From IMG/VR virus record IMGVR_UViG_3300048913_000097: a stretch of DNA of 50,010 bases, one strand, 5' to 3'. Shown here piece by piece: positions 15,074 through 22,839 of this stretch. Within the stretch, counting starts at the first letter, position 1; each line of letters starts with the position of its first letter. This DNA comes from a virus. The position numbers and the translations under genes are program-made. Under the pieces are notes generated by a model that did no database searches, was not told the DNA's origin, and saw only the letters and a list, made by a program, of their open reading frames with translations.

Positions 15074-15295
15074 TCATGACCGACACCCGTCTTCCACTGC
15101 CACATAGCTGACCTCAAACGTCAGGAACGAACCATCCTCGAAGTAGTACACGTGGTGTTTCGACCCATGAGGGACGTCACGACGCGAGAACGATGTCACG
15201 GCTGCCCGGTGTGGGTCGCGTGACCGACGGATCGATTGTGCGATAGTCAGGTGAGCCGGGTCGTTGACTGAACAGGTATTCTGACGGCGGTCCAT
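15074..15295 (-). CDS. Hypothetical protein, 73 aa
   Basis: The track ATG at 15334 lies inside the spacer of promoter 15323..15351. The in-frame ATG at 15295 has GGAG 7 nt upstream and lies downstream of the predicted TSS. Confidence 0.6.
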   Translation of the reverse strand: MDRRQNTCSVNDPAHLTIAQSIRRSRDPHRAAVTSFSRRDVPHGSKHHVYYFEDGSFLTFEVSYVAVEDGCRS

Positions 15296-15322
15296 GGTGT
15301 CGCTCCAATGGTTGACGTGATA

Positions 15323-15351
15323 ATTATTATCCATAATGACGAGACCGTCAA
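15323..15351 (-). promoter_or_regulatory. Operator-promoter: TTGACG-N17-AATAAT, dyad 15337-15350
   Basis: Minus strand reads TTGACGgtctcgtcattatggatAATAAT, directly after terminator 15365..15392. Confidence 0.55.
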
Positions 15352-15364
15352 TACGCGGGCAAAT

Positions 15365-15392
15365 AAAAACCGCCGTTAGCGACGGGCGGTTT
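15365..15392 (-). terminator. Intrinsic terminator
   Basis: Minus strand reads ACCGCC...GGCGGT followed by TTTTTATTT. The stem overlaps the stop of 15376..15810. Confidence 0.65.
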
Positions 15393-15810
15393 CAAACTGT
15401 ATCGCCAGCTCACCCAGGCGACGAACGTCAGCCTTACTCGGGCCGTTGTAATAGGTCGTACACCCGGCACCAGCCATACGCTGCACCTCGGCGTTCTGGA
15501 GTAACGACGTGTCACGTGCCGCCTGACACTCGACAGTCTGTCCACCGACGTTCATACCGACCTGTTGCACCGTCACGAGACACACCTCAGCAATCGCCAC
15601 AGTTTGCCGTGTGAGTTCCCCGACGCGAGTACCGTCACAGTCCGTGGCACCAGCAGCACCTGTCACACAGAGAGCCAGTGCGAACACCACACCGCGTACT
15701 GCATTACCTGTCTTACACATTGGTCGATCCTCGTCGTCTACATCCCATTGATAGCCACACGCGTGGCAGTGGTACTGATCGCCATACCGGCGCGCCTTAC
15801 ACATGGTCAT
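15376..15810 (-). CDS. Hypothetical protein with N-terminal zinc ribbon and one TM-like segment
   Basis: CKARRYGDQYHCHACGYQW is followed by VVFALALCVTGAAGA. Start options are GTG 15813, ATG 15810 and ATG 15804. Confidence 0.68.
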   Translation of the reverse strand: MTMCKARRYGDQYHCHACGYQWDVDDEDRPMCKTGNAVRGVVFALALCVTGAAGATDCDGTRVGELTRQTVAIAEVCLVTVQQVGMNVGGQTVECQAARDTSLLQNAEVQRMAGAGCTTYYNGPSKADVRRLGELAIQFETARR

Positions 15811-15827
15811 CACCCTCGGTAGTTGGT

Positions 15828-15862
15828 ACTGACTCAGCCCCAGTTAAGGGGCTTGATGTGGG
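15828..15862 (-). promoter_or_regulatory. Conserved 35-nt hairpin element, copy 1 (sense on minus strand)
   Basis: The reverse complement cccacAtcaAGCCCCttaactGGGGCTGagtcagt matches 49781..49815 at 33/35 positions. It has a 6-bp stem, a 6-nt loop and no U-tract. Confidence 0.8.
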
Positions 15863-15871
15863 AGTGGTTGG

Positions 15872-16006
15872 TTAGGCTTCGCCTGCAATGATCCATGCTG
15901 CCCAGCGGCGCGCAGCCTTCAGGCAATACGCTTGTTCTTCAGTGTCGTTGCAGCCTTCGTTCAGGCACATAACAAAGTAGGCTAGGGTTCGGGCGTTATC
16001 ACTCAT
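15872..16006 (-). CDS. Hypothetical small protein, 44 aa
   Basis: Below the track cutoff. GGAG 9 nt upstream of ATG 16006. It is the first ORF after promoter 16041..16069. Confidence 0.45.
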   Translation of the reverse strand: MSDNARTLAYFVMCLNEGCNDTEEQAYCLKAARRWAAWIIAGEA

Positions 16007-16037
16007 CTCGTCTTACTCCGTTGTTCGTTTCGATGGG

Positions 16038-16235
16038 TTAATCATCTCGCGAAATGACGGACTCGTCAATATTTAATTTACGGTCCTGACGATTCGACCC
16101 GACCAACGGTAATTGCCCGTCCGATAAATGCCAGGGGATCTCGGTTTTACAGTCGGGACATTGCTTCATATTCAGCGAGCTATACCGTATCAGATCGGTA
16201 CACCCGCACTGCGGACACGACGTGTGAGCGTTCAC
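16038..16235 (-). CDS. Zinc-ribbon protein, 65 aa
   Basis: CPQCG...CPDC. GTG 16235 overlaps the upstream stop (GTGA), with GGAGG 5 nt upstream. Confidence 0.6.
   Translation of the reverse strand: MNAHTSCPQCGCTDLIRYSSLNMKQCPDCKTEIPWHLSDGQLPLVGSNRQDRKLNIDESVISRDD
16041..16069 (-). promoter_or_regulatory. Operator-promoter: TTGACG-N17-GATGAT, dyad 16055-16068
   Basis: Minus strand reads TTGACGagtccgtcatttcgcgaGATGAT. It lies within the last codons of 16038..16235. Confidence 0.5.
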
Positions 16236-16438
16236 TGACGCCTCCACATGCCGCCGATGAAATCGAGAGTCCCGGCGTAAACCTCGTCCTGTTCCTGCTC
16301 GGTCATTGTGCGACCCGGACACACAGTGGGTAACGAACCCTCACCACCTTTACATGTGGTACACGACGCAAGGCCACCCTCACAAAACTGACATCCGTTG
16401 CAGCCATCGGGGCATTTGTACAGAGTATGATTATTCAT
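16232..16438 (-). CDS. Cys-rich protein, 68 aa (CxxCxGxG-like)
   Basis: CPDGCNGCQFCEGG...CTTCKGGEG. ATG 16438 overlaps the upstream stop. Confidence 0.6.
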   Translation of the reverse strand: MNNHTLYKCPDGCNGCQFCEGGLASCTTCKGGEGSLPTVCPGRTMTEQEQDEVYAGTLDFIGGMWRRQ

Positions 16439-16649
16439 TATCGCGCCAATCCTTCCTGTTGGGGTTGTAGTTACATTGTCCCGAGCCCTGACGGTGGATG
16501 AACCAGTAACCATCACAGTGACAGGCCACACGTGAGTTCATCCATGCATCGAGTCGATACTCGCCGCCACATTTGCAACGACGAGACGTCGGCCACCGCG
16601 CCAGGGCTTTACGGGCGTCACACTTGCGACATCCGGTGTGGGTGCTCAT
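16431..16649 (-). CDS. Cys-rich protein, 72 aa
   Basis: CRKCD...CKCGG...CHCDG. ATGA overlap with the upstream gene. Confidence 0.62.
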   Translation of the reverse strand: MSTHTGCRKCDARKALARWPTSRRCKCGGEYRLDAWMNSRVACHCDGYWFIHRQGSGQCNYNPNRKDWRDNE

Positions 16650-16834
16650 GCCGGCGGTGGAATAATCGGCGGCGGTGACATTATTTCAAGTGCTTCGCTA
16701 ATCGCAACCAGAAAATCGTACTGACTCATCTCGTTAATCAGACGCTCGGCGTATCGATCAGGATCGCCCAATTCGTGCTTACGAGCCTGAAATTTCATCC
16801 AGTCGGTTACGGTTTCAAGCAGTGTGGTAGTCAT
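16646..16834 (-). CDS. Hypothetical protein, 62 aa
   Basis: Translationally coupled chain (ATGA overlaps on both sides). Confidence 0.6.
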   Translation of the reverse strand: MTTTLLETVTDWMKFQARKHELGDPDRYAERLINEMSQYDFLVAISEALEIMSPPPIIPPPA

Positions 16835-17106
16835 CGCCCCTGCCTCAAGTCAGCCAGTTTACGAGTGAGATCCATGCTCGCCCGGGTAGCAGCGGCGTGC
16901 TCACGTTGGGCGCCCGACATCTCGTACAGTGGGTCATTGCATTCAGAGCATTTACGCCGGTCATGCTCTACGCGGATAAACAGCATCGCACACGAGCCAC
17001 GCAGGCACTGTACCGGCCCTTTACGGGCCGCCCGCAACGCCTTGAGCGCTTTCATCGTGCGAGCCAGTTCGATAAGTGTTTGATCGATTGTATGGTCTTG
17101 GATCAT
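16831..17106 (-). CDS. Hypothetical protein, 91 aa
   Basis: Coupled chain. Contains C...CxxC. Confidence 0.62.
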   Translation of the reverse strand: MIQDHTIDQTLIELARTMKALKALRAARKGPVQCLRGSCAMLFIRVEHDRRKCSECNDPLYEMSGAQREHAAATRASMDLTRKLADLRQGR

Positions 17107-17357
17107 TTGAGTAGCTCCCGTATACGTGCAGTCATTTGTTTTCTGAGTTCTTGATTTGTCAAATATCCATCTTCACCGACCGTCTCAAATGCATGTCTCC
17201 ACACCTCTTCTGCCAACGCCTCGACCTCATCCTCTCGCACGAGTCCCACGCGCTTAACGTCGATCCAACCGTGACCGAATGGTGGCGGTTGGTGATTCCA
17301 CAGCAGCGCCACCTGACCCGGGTTGCAACACGTGTAAATAAACGCTACGGGTTTCAT
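17103..17357 (-). CDS. Hypothetical protein, 84 aa
   Basis: GGGAGTG upstream of the ATG. Coupled chain. Confidence 0.62.
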   Translation of the reverse strand: MKPVAFIYTCCNPGQVALLWNHQPPPFGHGWIDVKRVGLVREDEVEALAEEVWRHAFETVGEDGYLTNQELRKQMTARIRELLK

Positions 17358-17360
17358 CTG

Positions 17361-17504
17361 TCACACTCCCATCAGTACGAGAACGAACCCAACCCATCCG
17401 ACGAGCGCAACGCCGCGCATCACGTTGAGTCGAGCCTGGAGGATGTCCACGGTGGTCTCAGCCGCCCGTGCCCGGTTGTACCAAATCGCTGTGAGCTGTT
17501 TCAT
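17361..17504 (-). CDS. Hypothetical small membrane protein, 47 aa
   Basis: Below the track cutoff. ATG 17504 overlaps the upstream stop (ATGA). The C-terminus VALVGWVGFVLVLMGV is hydrophobic. Confidence 0.45.
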   Translation of the reverse strand: MKQLTAIWYNRARAAETTVDILQARLNVMRGVALVGWVGFVLVLMGV

Positions 17505-17695
17505 GGTGCAGATACCTCGTACGTGAACTGGCGAGCGGTGTCACCCATTACCCAACGTTCGGTCGCAACGTGTTTGCCGTCGGAGTAATAGCACGCGATC
17601 CCGTGGGTCCGACCAACGTCACGTCCCACAACCAAATCGTCTTCCGAGATTGCCCGGATAAACGCGTCGAACTCATCTTGTTTTACCTGTCGCAT
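17501..17695 (-). CDS. Hypothetical protein, 64 aa
   Basis: ATG 17695 has GGGAGCGGGG upstream. It is the first gene after promoter 17734..17762. Confidence 0.6.
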   Translation of the reverse strand: MRQVKQDEFDAFIRAISEDDLVVGRDVGRTHGIACYYSDGKHVATERWVMGDTARQFTYEVSAP

Positions 17696-17733
17696 CAGCC
17701 CCGCTCCCACGTGTGTTAATTGATGTCATGACC

Positions 17734-17762
17734 AGTATTAGCCATCCTGACGAGTCCGTCAA
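17734..17762 (-). promoter_or_regulatory. Operator-promoter: TTGACG-N17-AATACT, dyad 17748-17761
   Basis: Minus strand reads TTGACGgactcgtcaggatggctAATACT, directly after terminator 17775..17830. Confidence 0.55.
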
Positions 17763-17774
17763 TACCTCAGGAAT

Positions 17775-17830
17775 AAAAAGCCCCGTATCTGTCGCTCGGC
17801 CTCTGAGGCTGCCTGACATCAATGGGGCTT
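17775..17830 (-). terminator. Candidate terminator after the primase-helicase gene
   Basis: Minus strand reads AGCCCC...(39 nt with an internal GCCTC/GAGGC stem)...GGGGCT followed by TTTTTATT. Confidence 0.45.
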
Positions 17831-17952
17831 TGGTGTGTGACCGGTGCTGATCTCCGGTTTATTCAACTCTAGCCGCTCGGTCATTTCGATTGCTCGATTG
17901 CCGACCACTTTGAACTATGGCGTCGCGTATCAACCTACGCATTCACACCGCG

Positions 17953-20274
17953 CTATCCTACCACCGCCTGACTCAACGCCGCAATCGCCACGGGGTCACC
18001 CTGCGCCGCCTCGTAATGGCGTACCACCTCAGCACCCCCGACCAGATTGGCGTGGATATGACCCTGGCGGATGTACAGGCGCGGTTTACCGTTATCCATG
18101 AGGATGTGGTTATTTACGCGACCATCCTTCAACGCCGGATGCCAGTCGTAGCCGATGGATTTCATCAGGTCGCGACGTTTGCGTGGGGCTATGGCGCGAC
18201 CCATACGCAGCCGTTCAATCAGTGCATCAAGTGCCATGCTCGAGACCCAACCGCCCGCGAACCCTTGACGACCTTCCTCGATGCACTCGAGCACCTCTTG
18301 TTCCACCGCGCCCAGGCTCGCCTCGACTGCTTCACCGGTGGTACTGGTGTACGGGGCACGCTGACAACCTAACGTGGGGTTGAACTCTACGGGGATCGCG
18401 TAGGTGCTGAGAAAATGCGCCACGTGGGCATAACCGTCGCCACGCAGCCAGTCGTACAGGTCCGGGAAGTAGTTACCACTCATTCCGTCTCGGGCGATGT
18501 CCTCGACCTGCTGTTGTGCGGTGAAGAACACGCAAAACCGTCGGTCGTTGAGAGTCTTCTTGATGGCGTTGCGATGGTTACTGTTAAATATGAAGTTTGC
18601 GCAGTTCGCCATCATGACCTGATCTTGCTGCATGGCGCGCTTCGCCAACCGGTCCCCCGTGATCATGGGCTTCAGGATTTCCAACACTTCAGCTTTACTA
18701 TCCGGTACGTGAATATCCTCAACCCCCACGAATATCGTATTAAACAGCCACGAGTTGAATTTTTCACTGATTTCACTTGCTGGCGGCATATGGGTATAAC
18801 GCTGACCGACAGCGTATGCCACACAGCGGGTAATGAGAGTTTTACCATTGCCCTCACAACCCTGAAACAGTGGTGCCCATTGAAACTTATGCCCTGGATA
18901 CTGAACGATGGCAGCAGCGTAACTCAGAGCGATTTGTCGATCACGCTCGTTCGGTAGTAATTTAGCAAGGTGAGTCATAAACCGCGTCACGTCCCCCGGA
19001 ACCTTGCGCACATTCACCGGTACATACGTGTTTACCATCCTGCGACCTTCTTCTTCGATGATTGCTCCGGACGGATGTCGCGGGTCAAACACAGAGCCGT
19101 CAACTTTCGGGAATGTTACACCCTGGTTCTCAGTGAATGCCTCGAATGCCTTCTTTGTCGTTTTCTCCCCTGTATCATCCAGACTAAAAGTGAACCCCCC
19201 CATCAAGGCGTTGAATTGCTCCGATTTCAGCATTGTACCGTTTGGCATGAATACACGGTGCGCATCCGCCACGTACACGCACCCACGAAAGTGATCAACG
19301 ACTTGGGTGATTGGTAAGAATTGGAACCCGGCGCGAATGACCGGATCGACCACCGACGCCACGGGGGTCATTTCGATAGGTTTACCGACGCTATACCACG
19401 ATGTTTGGCGTGCAACGGCACCGCAGATAGTGCGATGCATGTAAGACTTATGCTTGTCCCACTTCGGGCGAACCATCGCGCTCATACGCATTAGACGATC
19501 AATGCGGTCACATTGGCCGCCCGTCCAGAATGCCAAACGCTGTGCCAAGCTGGCATCGGCTGACGATCCATCGTACCCACCGTCTTCGGCAGGCCATGAT
19601 TCGGTCAGTGCTTCGACGTTCTTTTCCCACAAATCCCGAAATGACGCTTTACCGCCTCCGAAGATGGACGCGATTGATTCACTTGCCAGGGCCTTTTCAA
19701 TGAGTCGCGCATCGTCCTGGATTGGACAGCTGTCGGGATGGGGTACAGTCGTCCATGTGGTCGGATTGACAGCGATTTCAGCGGGGAAGTATTGCGCCAC
19801 GGTCTGGTTAAAGGGGGTGTCACTCGGGTGCATCATATCGCCAGATGCACCCGTTCCCAGGCAGATGAAACGATCGTCGGTATAACACTCGATGTTGAGC
19901 GGGATATTTTTGCACCCGTGGTCAGGCATGTCACCAACCACCACGCCGAAGATGTGGAGACCTGTGCCACTGTTGGACGTTTCGGTCATGCATCCGGCGA
20001 ATCGAGTACATAACTCAATCGCAAGAGGGGACCAAGTTTGATCAGGTAGAAGGCACGCATCCAAGTCAATGCAGAACCTACCGTCACCATTGAGAATCGT
20101 GGCGGGGCGATATTCGGCGCCCAGTAGTGCGGCGCGATCAATCGCGTCAGCGTGCGACATACGGTCGGCGACGTGAAGGCTGACAACTTTACCTGATAGG
20201 TCGCACGGCATTTTTTCAGTTTTACCCGGACGATTGGTCGACGGGATAGTTTTGCAGATGATGAAATTATTCAT
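17953..20274 (-). CDS. Primase-polymerase / D5-P4-type helicase fusion
   Basis: The N-terminal region is prim-pol-like (...CIDLDAC...GTGLHIFG). The C-terminal part has Walker A GCEGNGKT and Walker B FVGVEDIH. The start is set at ATG 20274, which overlaps the upstream stop. Confidence 0.88.
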   Translation of the reverse strand: MNNFIICKTIPSTNRPGKTEKMPCDLSGKVVSLHVADRMSHADAIDRAALLGAEYRPATILNGDGRFCIDLDACLLPDQTWSPLAIELCTRFAGCMTETSNSGTGLHIFGVVVGDMPDHGCKNIPLNIECYTDDRFICLGTGASGDMMHPSDTPFNQTVAQYFPAEIAVNPTTWTTVPHPDSCPIQDDARLIEKALASESIASIFGGGKASFRDLWEKNVEALTESWPAEDGGYDGSSADASLAQRLAFWTGGQCDRIDRLMRMSAMVRPKWDKHKSYMHRTICGAVARQTSWYSVGKPIEMTPVASVVDPVIRAGFQFLPITQVVDHFRGCVYVADAHRVFMPNGTMLKSEQFNALMGGFTFSLDDTGEKTTKKAFEAFTENQGVTFPKVDGSVFDPRHPSGAIIEEEGRRMVNTYVPVNVRKVPGDVTRFMTHLAKLLPNERDRQIALSYAAAIVQYPGHKFQWAPLFQGCEGNGKTLITRCVAYAVGQRYTHMPPASEISEKFNSWLFNTIFVGVEDIHVPDSKAEVLEILKPMITGDRLAKRAMQQDQVMMANCANFIFNSNHRNAIKKTLNDRRFCVFFTAQQQVEDIARDGMSGNYFPDLYDWLRGDGYAHVAHFLSTYAIPVEFNPTLGCQRAPYTSTTGEAVEASLGAVEQEVLECIEEGRQGFAGGWVSSMALDALIERLRMGRAIAPRKRRDLMKSIGYDWHPALKDGRVNNHILMDNGKPRLYIRQGHIHANLVGGAEVVRHYEAAQGDPVAIAALSQAVVG

Positions 20275-21188
20275 GCCAGAAGTTCCAACCATGTGGTGAT
20301 ATCAGGATTCATTTGCCGCCACTCCGTTGCACCGTCGAAACCCTTCAGCCCGGCGGATGGGAATTGCGAATGAAATAGTTTTTCTAATGACGGAGGGATC
20401 GACCCATCATCACAGTGAATTTCACGGTGGACTGAGAATTTAAATGGGGTATTTCGCCTAAGTGTCATTTGGCGTTTGGTGGGGCTATTGCTGATCCCAA
20501 TCTTAATCATTTTCTCGTCATGGGAAATCAACGCATACAATGTCCCCGGATTCGATGGGTTATATCCGCTGGTTGCGCAACTTGGACACCTGTTACTTTC
20601 ACGAACGAAACCGCATATACCTACTTGCCACTCACCATGTATGTCGCAGCTCATGATCGCTCGACTGCGGGAATCAACATATTCACCGATCCACCCGATA
20701 AATTTGTAACCGTCGAGTAACGCAATGGTAGTTAATTGTGCCTCCCGTTCGTCACGGGATAATTTTTTATCACCGCAGTCTGGGCACCGTCGACCCTTAT
20801 TGATGAAGTTGTTCGGCGTGGTTAGCCAGTCACCATGTCTCGAACACCTGATAGTCATTTTACTGAACATGCCAGAATATTCGCCGCCCCAACCTATAAA
20901 AATAAGGTTGGTTTGCGACATCAATGCTGTAATTTTTGATTCGCAAACATCACGAGGCATCCGAGTCTGAACACCCCTCACCTCGCAGGCGCACGAACGG
21001 CAACGAGCTCCCTTGTGGTAGAAGCCGCCGACCGACGACGTCCAGTCACCATGTTTCACGCAGTTAAATATTGCGCGACTTTTACTATTCTTGTATTCGT
21101 CGACAAAACCTACAAACTTGTACCCATCAGCTAAAGCAGCGGCAGACAACTGCACCGCCCGATCCGATGTCGAGATTTTCTTAACCAT
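20271..21188 (-). CDS. T5orf172 / GIY-YIG-like homing-endonuclease-type protein with three zinc-ribbon repeats
   Basis: It has three tandem modules of about 55 aa with the pattern GYKF(V/I)G..EY..S.S....C..HG.W......F.....RC..C. The C-terminus GTLYALISHDEKMIKIGISNSPTKRQMTL...GATEW resembles the T5orf172 domain. Confidence 0.78.
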   Translation of the reverse strand: MVKKISTSDRAVQLSAAALADGYKFVGFVDEYKNSKSRAIFNCVKHGDWTSSVGGFYHKGARCRSCACEVRGVQTRMPRDVCESKITALMSQTNLIFIGWGGEYSGMFSKMTIRCSRHGDWLTTPNNFINKGRRCPDCGDKKLSRDEREAQLTTIALLDGYKFIGWIGEYVDSRSRAIMSCDIHGEWQVGICGFVRESNRCPSCATSGYNPSNPGTLYALISHDEKMIKIGISNSPTKRQMTLRRNTPFKFSVHREIHCDDGSIPPSLEKLFHSQFPSAGLKGFDGATEWRQMNPDITTWLELLA

Positions 21189-21220
21189 GCTATTTAGCCC
21201 CTGCTAAGCGTGGCGATACA

Positions 21221-21505
21221 TCAAAGCAAGGTTTGCAATGCTCGAACCCTGAGAGCTTTCGGGGCTTTCATCGCCGTCGAATCACCTTCGGCCATTCCCG
21301 CCGCCAAGATGTCAAGCTGTTCCGATTCAATGGCGCGTTTCATGATTGCGGTCTTGAGATCATCCATCTTTCCATAGTGGAGGTTCACAGTACCACCCGC
21401 CACACCCGCACGCTCTGCAATCGCATCCCGTCTGATACCGCGATACCCACACTCGCACGCCAGGGTGAACGCTGCGTCGAGGATCTTGTCTTTCAAATGA
21501 CTCAT
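21221..21505 (-). CDS. Mini TetR-family HTH protein (94 aa, DNA-binding domain only)
   Basis: ILDAAFTLACECGYRGIRRDAIAERAGVAGGTVNLHYGKMDDLKTAIM matches the TetR N-terminal HTH pattern. There is no room for a ligand-binding domain. Confidence 0.7.
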   Translation of the reverse strand: MSHLKDKILDAAFTLACECGYRGIRRDAIAERAGVAGGTVNLHYGKMDDLKTAIMKRAIESEQLDILAAGMAEGDSTAMKAPKALRVRALQTLL

Positions 21506-21522
21506 ATGTGTGTCCCACTCTT

Positions 21523-21552
21523 AATATATTGGCATTGGTGCCAGTGTGTCAC
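21523..21552 (-). promoter_or_regulatory. Candidate promoter with TGGCA-N4-TGCCA dyad in the spacer, upstream of the TetR-like gene
   Basis: Minus strand reads GTGACA-N18-TATATT. A perfect dyad TGGCAttggTGCCA lies at 21530-21543. Confidence 0.4.
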
Positions 21553-22298
21553 CCGCTGACAGGCGCGTCAATGTACGCCGCTATAAACTCTTTTGCCGCC
21601 GGGGCACAGATGGCATTCCCGTAGGCGCGGATTGCCCCCACTCGCCCGGGAGACCCATCAGCCAACGGGAGTGTTCCGGGTTCAATTGGCCTCCGGCTGC
21701 CGTCCCGTCCCCGTATAACCACACAGTCCGACCAAGCAGTGAGTTTATCGGTACGTTTGCCGACGCTGATTTCCCATCCTTCCAGTCTCTCGTCGTCGGC
21801 GTCGGCCACCCAGAACAATCGGTCTCGGATGTGCGGCGCACCGACGCCCGCAGACGGGAACGCGACTGCCCCGAAGGCGTAACCCATAGCTTCCACGTCA
21901 GCGTGTACAAGGTCGATCCAAGGTCCGACAGCCTTACTCGCAACCTGCTCTCCAAAGATGACTGGAGGGCGGCGCTGGAGGATGAGCCATTCGAAGGAGG
22001 GCCAGAGGTGCCGCTCGTCAGCAAACCCCACTCCCTCGCCTGCCTGGCTGAAAGGTTGGCAGGGGCAAGAGCCTGTCCATACTGGTCTATCGTCAGGCCA
22101 CCCAGCTTGTCGTAGTGCGTATGACCACACGCCAATTCCGGCGAAGAAATGGCACTGAGTGAATTCTCGCAAGTCGTCGGGTCTGACATCTTCGATACTA
22201 CGTTCATCTACTTCCCCTGGTGTGATGTGTCCGGCGGCGATCAGATTCCGTAACCATTGGGCCGAGAACGGATCGATTTCATTGTAATAAGCAGCCAT
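21549..22298 (-). CDS. DNA (cytosine-5) methyltransferase
   Basis: Motifs: FFAGIGVWS (I), PCQPFSQAG (IV), GEQV (VI), HIRDRLFWV (VIII-like), GNAICAPAA (X). Start is ATG 22298 or GTG 22307. Confidence 0.88.
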   Translation of the reverse strand: MAAYYNEIDPFSAQWLRNLIAAGHITPGEVDERSIEDVRPDDLREFTQCHFFAGIGVWSYALRQAGWPDDRPVWTGSCPCQPFSQAGEGVGFADERHLWPSFEWLILQRRPPVIFGEQVASKAVGPWIDLVHADVEAMGYAFGAVAFPSAGVGAPHIRDRLFWVADADDERLEGWEISVGKRTDKLTAWSDCVVIRGRDGSRRPIEPGTLPLADGSPGRVGAIRAYGNAICAPAAKEFIAAYIDAPVSG

Positions 22299-22328
22299 GA
22301 ATGTCACTCGTGATTGGTGCGTGACGCC

Positions 22329-22357
22329 ATTGTGACGACGTATGACGACATCGTCAA
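22329..22357 (-). promoter_or_regulatory. Operator-promoter: TTGACG-N17-CACAAT, dyad 22343-22356
   Basis: Minus strand reads TTGACGatgtcgtcatacgtcgtCACAAT. The TGA stop of the VRR-NUC gene lies inside TTGACG. Confidence 0.5.
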
Positions 22358-22839
22358 TCGAATGACCCCGGTCCGGTTACAAATTTAAAGTCGCCACCGA
22401 GCATCGTGACGATCTGCCCGAACCGAAGCTGTGCAACTTCCCGTTCCGTTCCCGAGTAAACCCACCCCTCGGGCTTGCACTCACGGGCGGCGAATTGTGC
22501 AATGGTAGTACCAACCATCTCAGGCGTGATGAGGCGCGGCAGTGGTCCGATGAGATCGCTCGACTTGACCTTCTTGTTCATCGCCGCCGAGTCGTTACAC
22601 AGCCCCCAGCGCGTACCGGGCGACGGTGGATGTTTGGCATCGTAAGCCCCGTTGTTATTGCGCCACCCACGCCCGCCGAGTTCCGACCATTCCTGTCGCA
22701 CGGCATTCTGTACCGCCGCCTCAGACTTCGGTTTAGCCGATGTGGATTCATGCGACTCACCGACCCCCCACATATCGTACAGCTCGGCGAGCGCTGCATG
22801 AGAGACACCGTTACGGATGGCCCATTGGATAAGTGTCAT
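22354..22839 (-). CDS. VRR-NUC domain nuclease
   Basis: EAAVQNAVRQEW...GWRNNNG...SSDLIG...ARECKPEGW...AQLRFG follows the D...E.K pattern of VRR-NUC. Confidence 0.78.
   Translation of the reverse strand: MTLIQWAIRNGVSHAALAELYDMWGVGESHESTSAKPKSEAAVQNAVRQEWSELGGRGWRNNNGAYDAKHPPSPGTRWGLCNDSAAMNKKVKSSDLIGPLPRLITPEMVGTTIAQFAARECKPEGWVYSGTEREVAQLRFGQIVTMLGGDFKFVTGPGSFD

Noticed and set aside
21530-21543. Sigma54 promoter (TGGCAC on the minus strand)
   Set aside because: The -12 element is missing: CCAA occupies the position where TTGC is required. The sequence is better explained as a perfect dyad operator.
21581-22207. 208-aa ORF on the same strand as the methyltransferase but in another frame
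   Set aside because: All C5-MTase motifs lie in the 21549..22298 frame. The alternative frame gives a Ser/Pro/Arg-rich product with no start signal.
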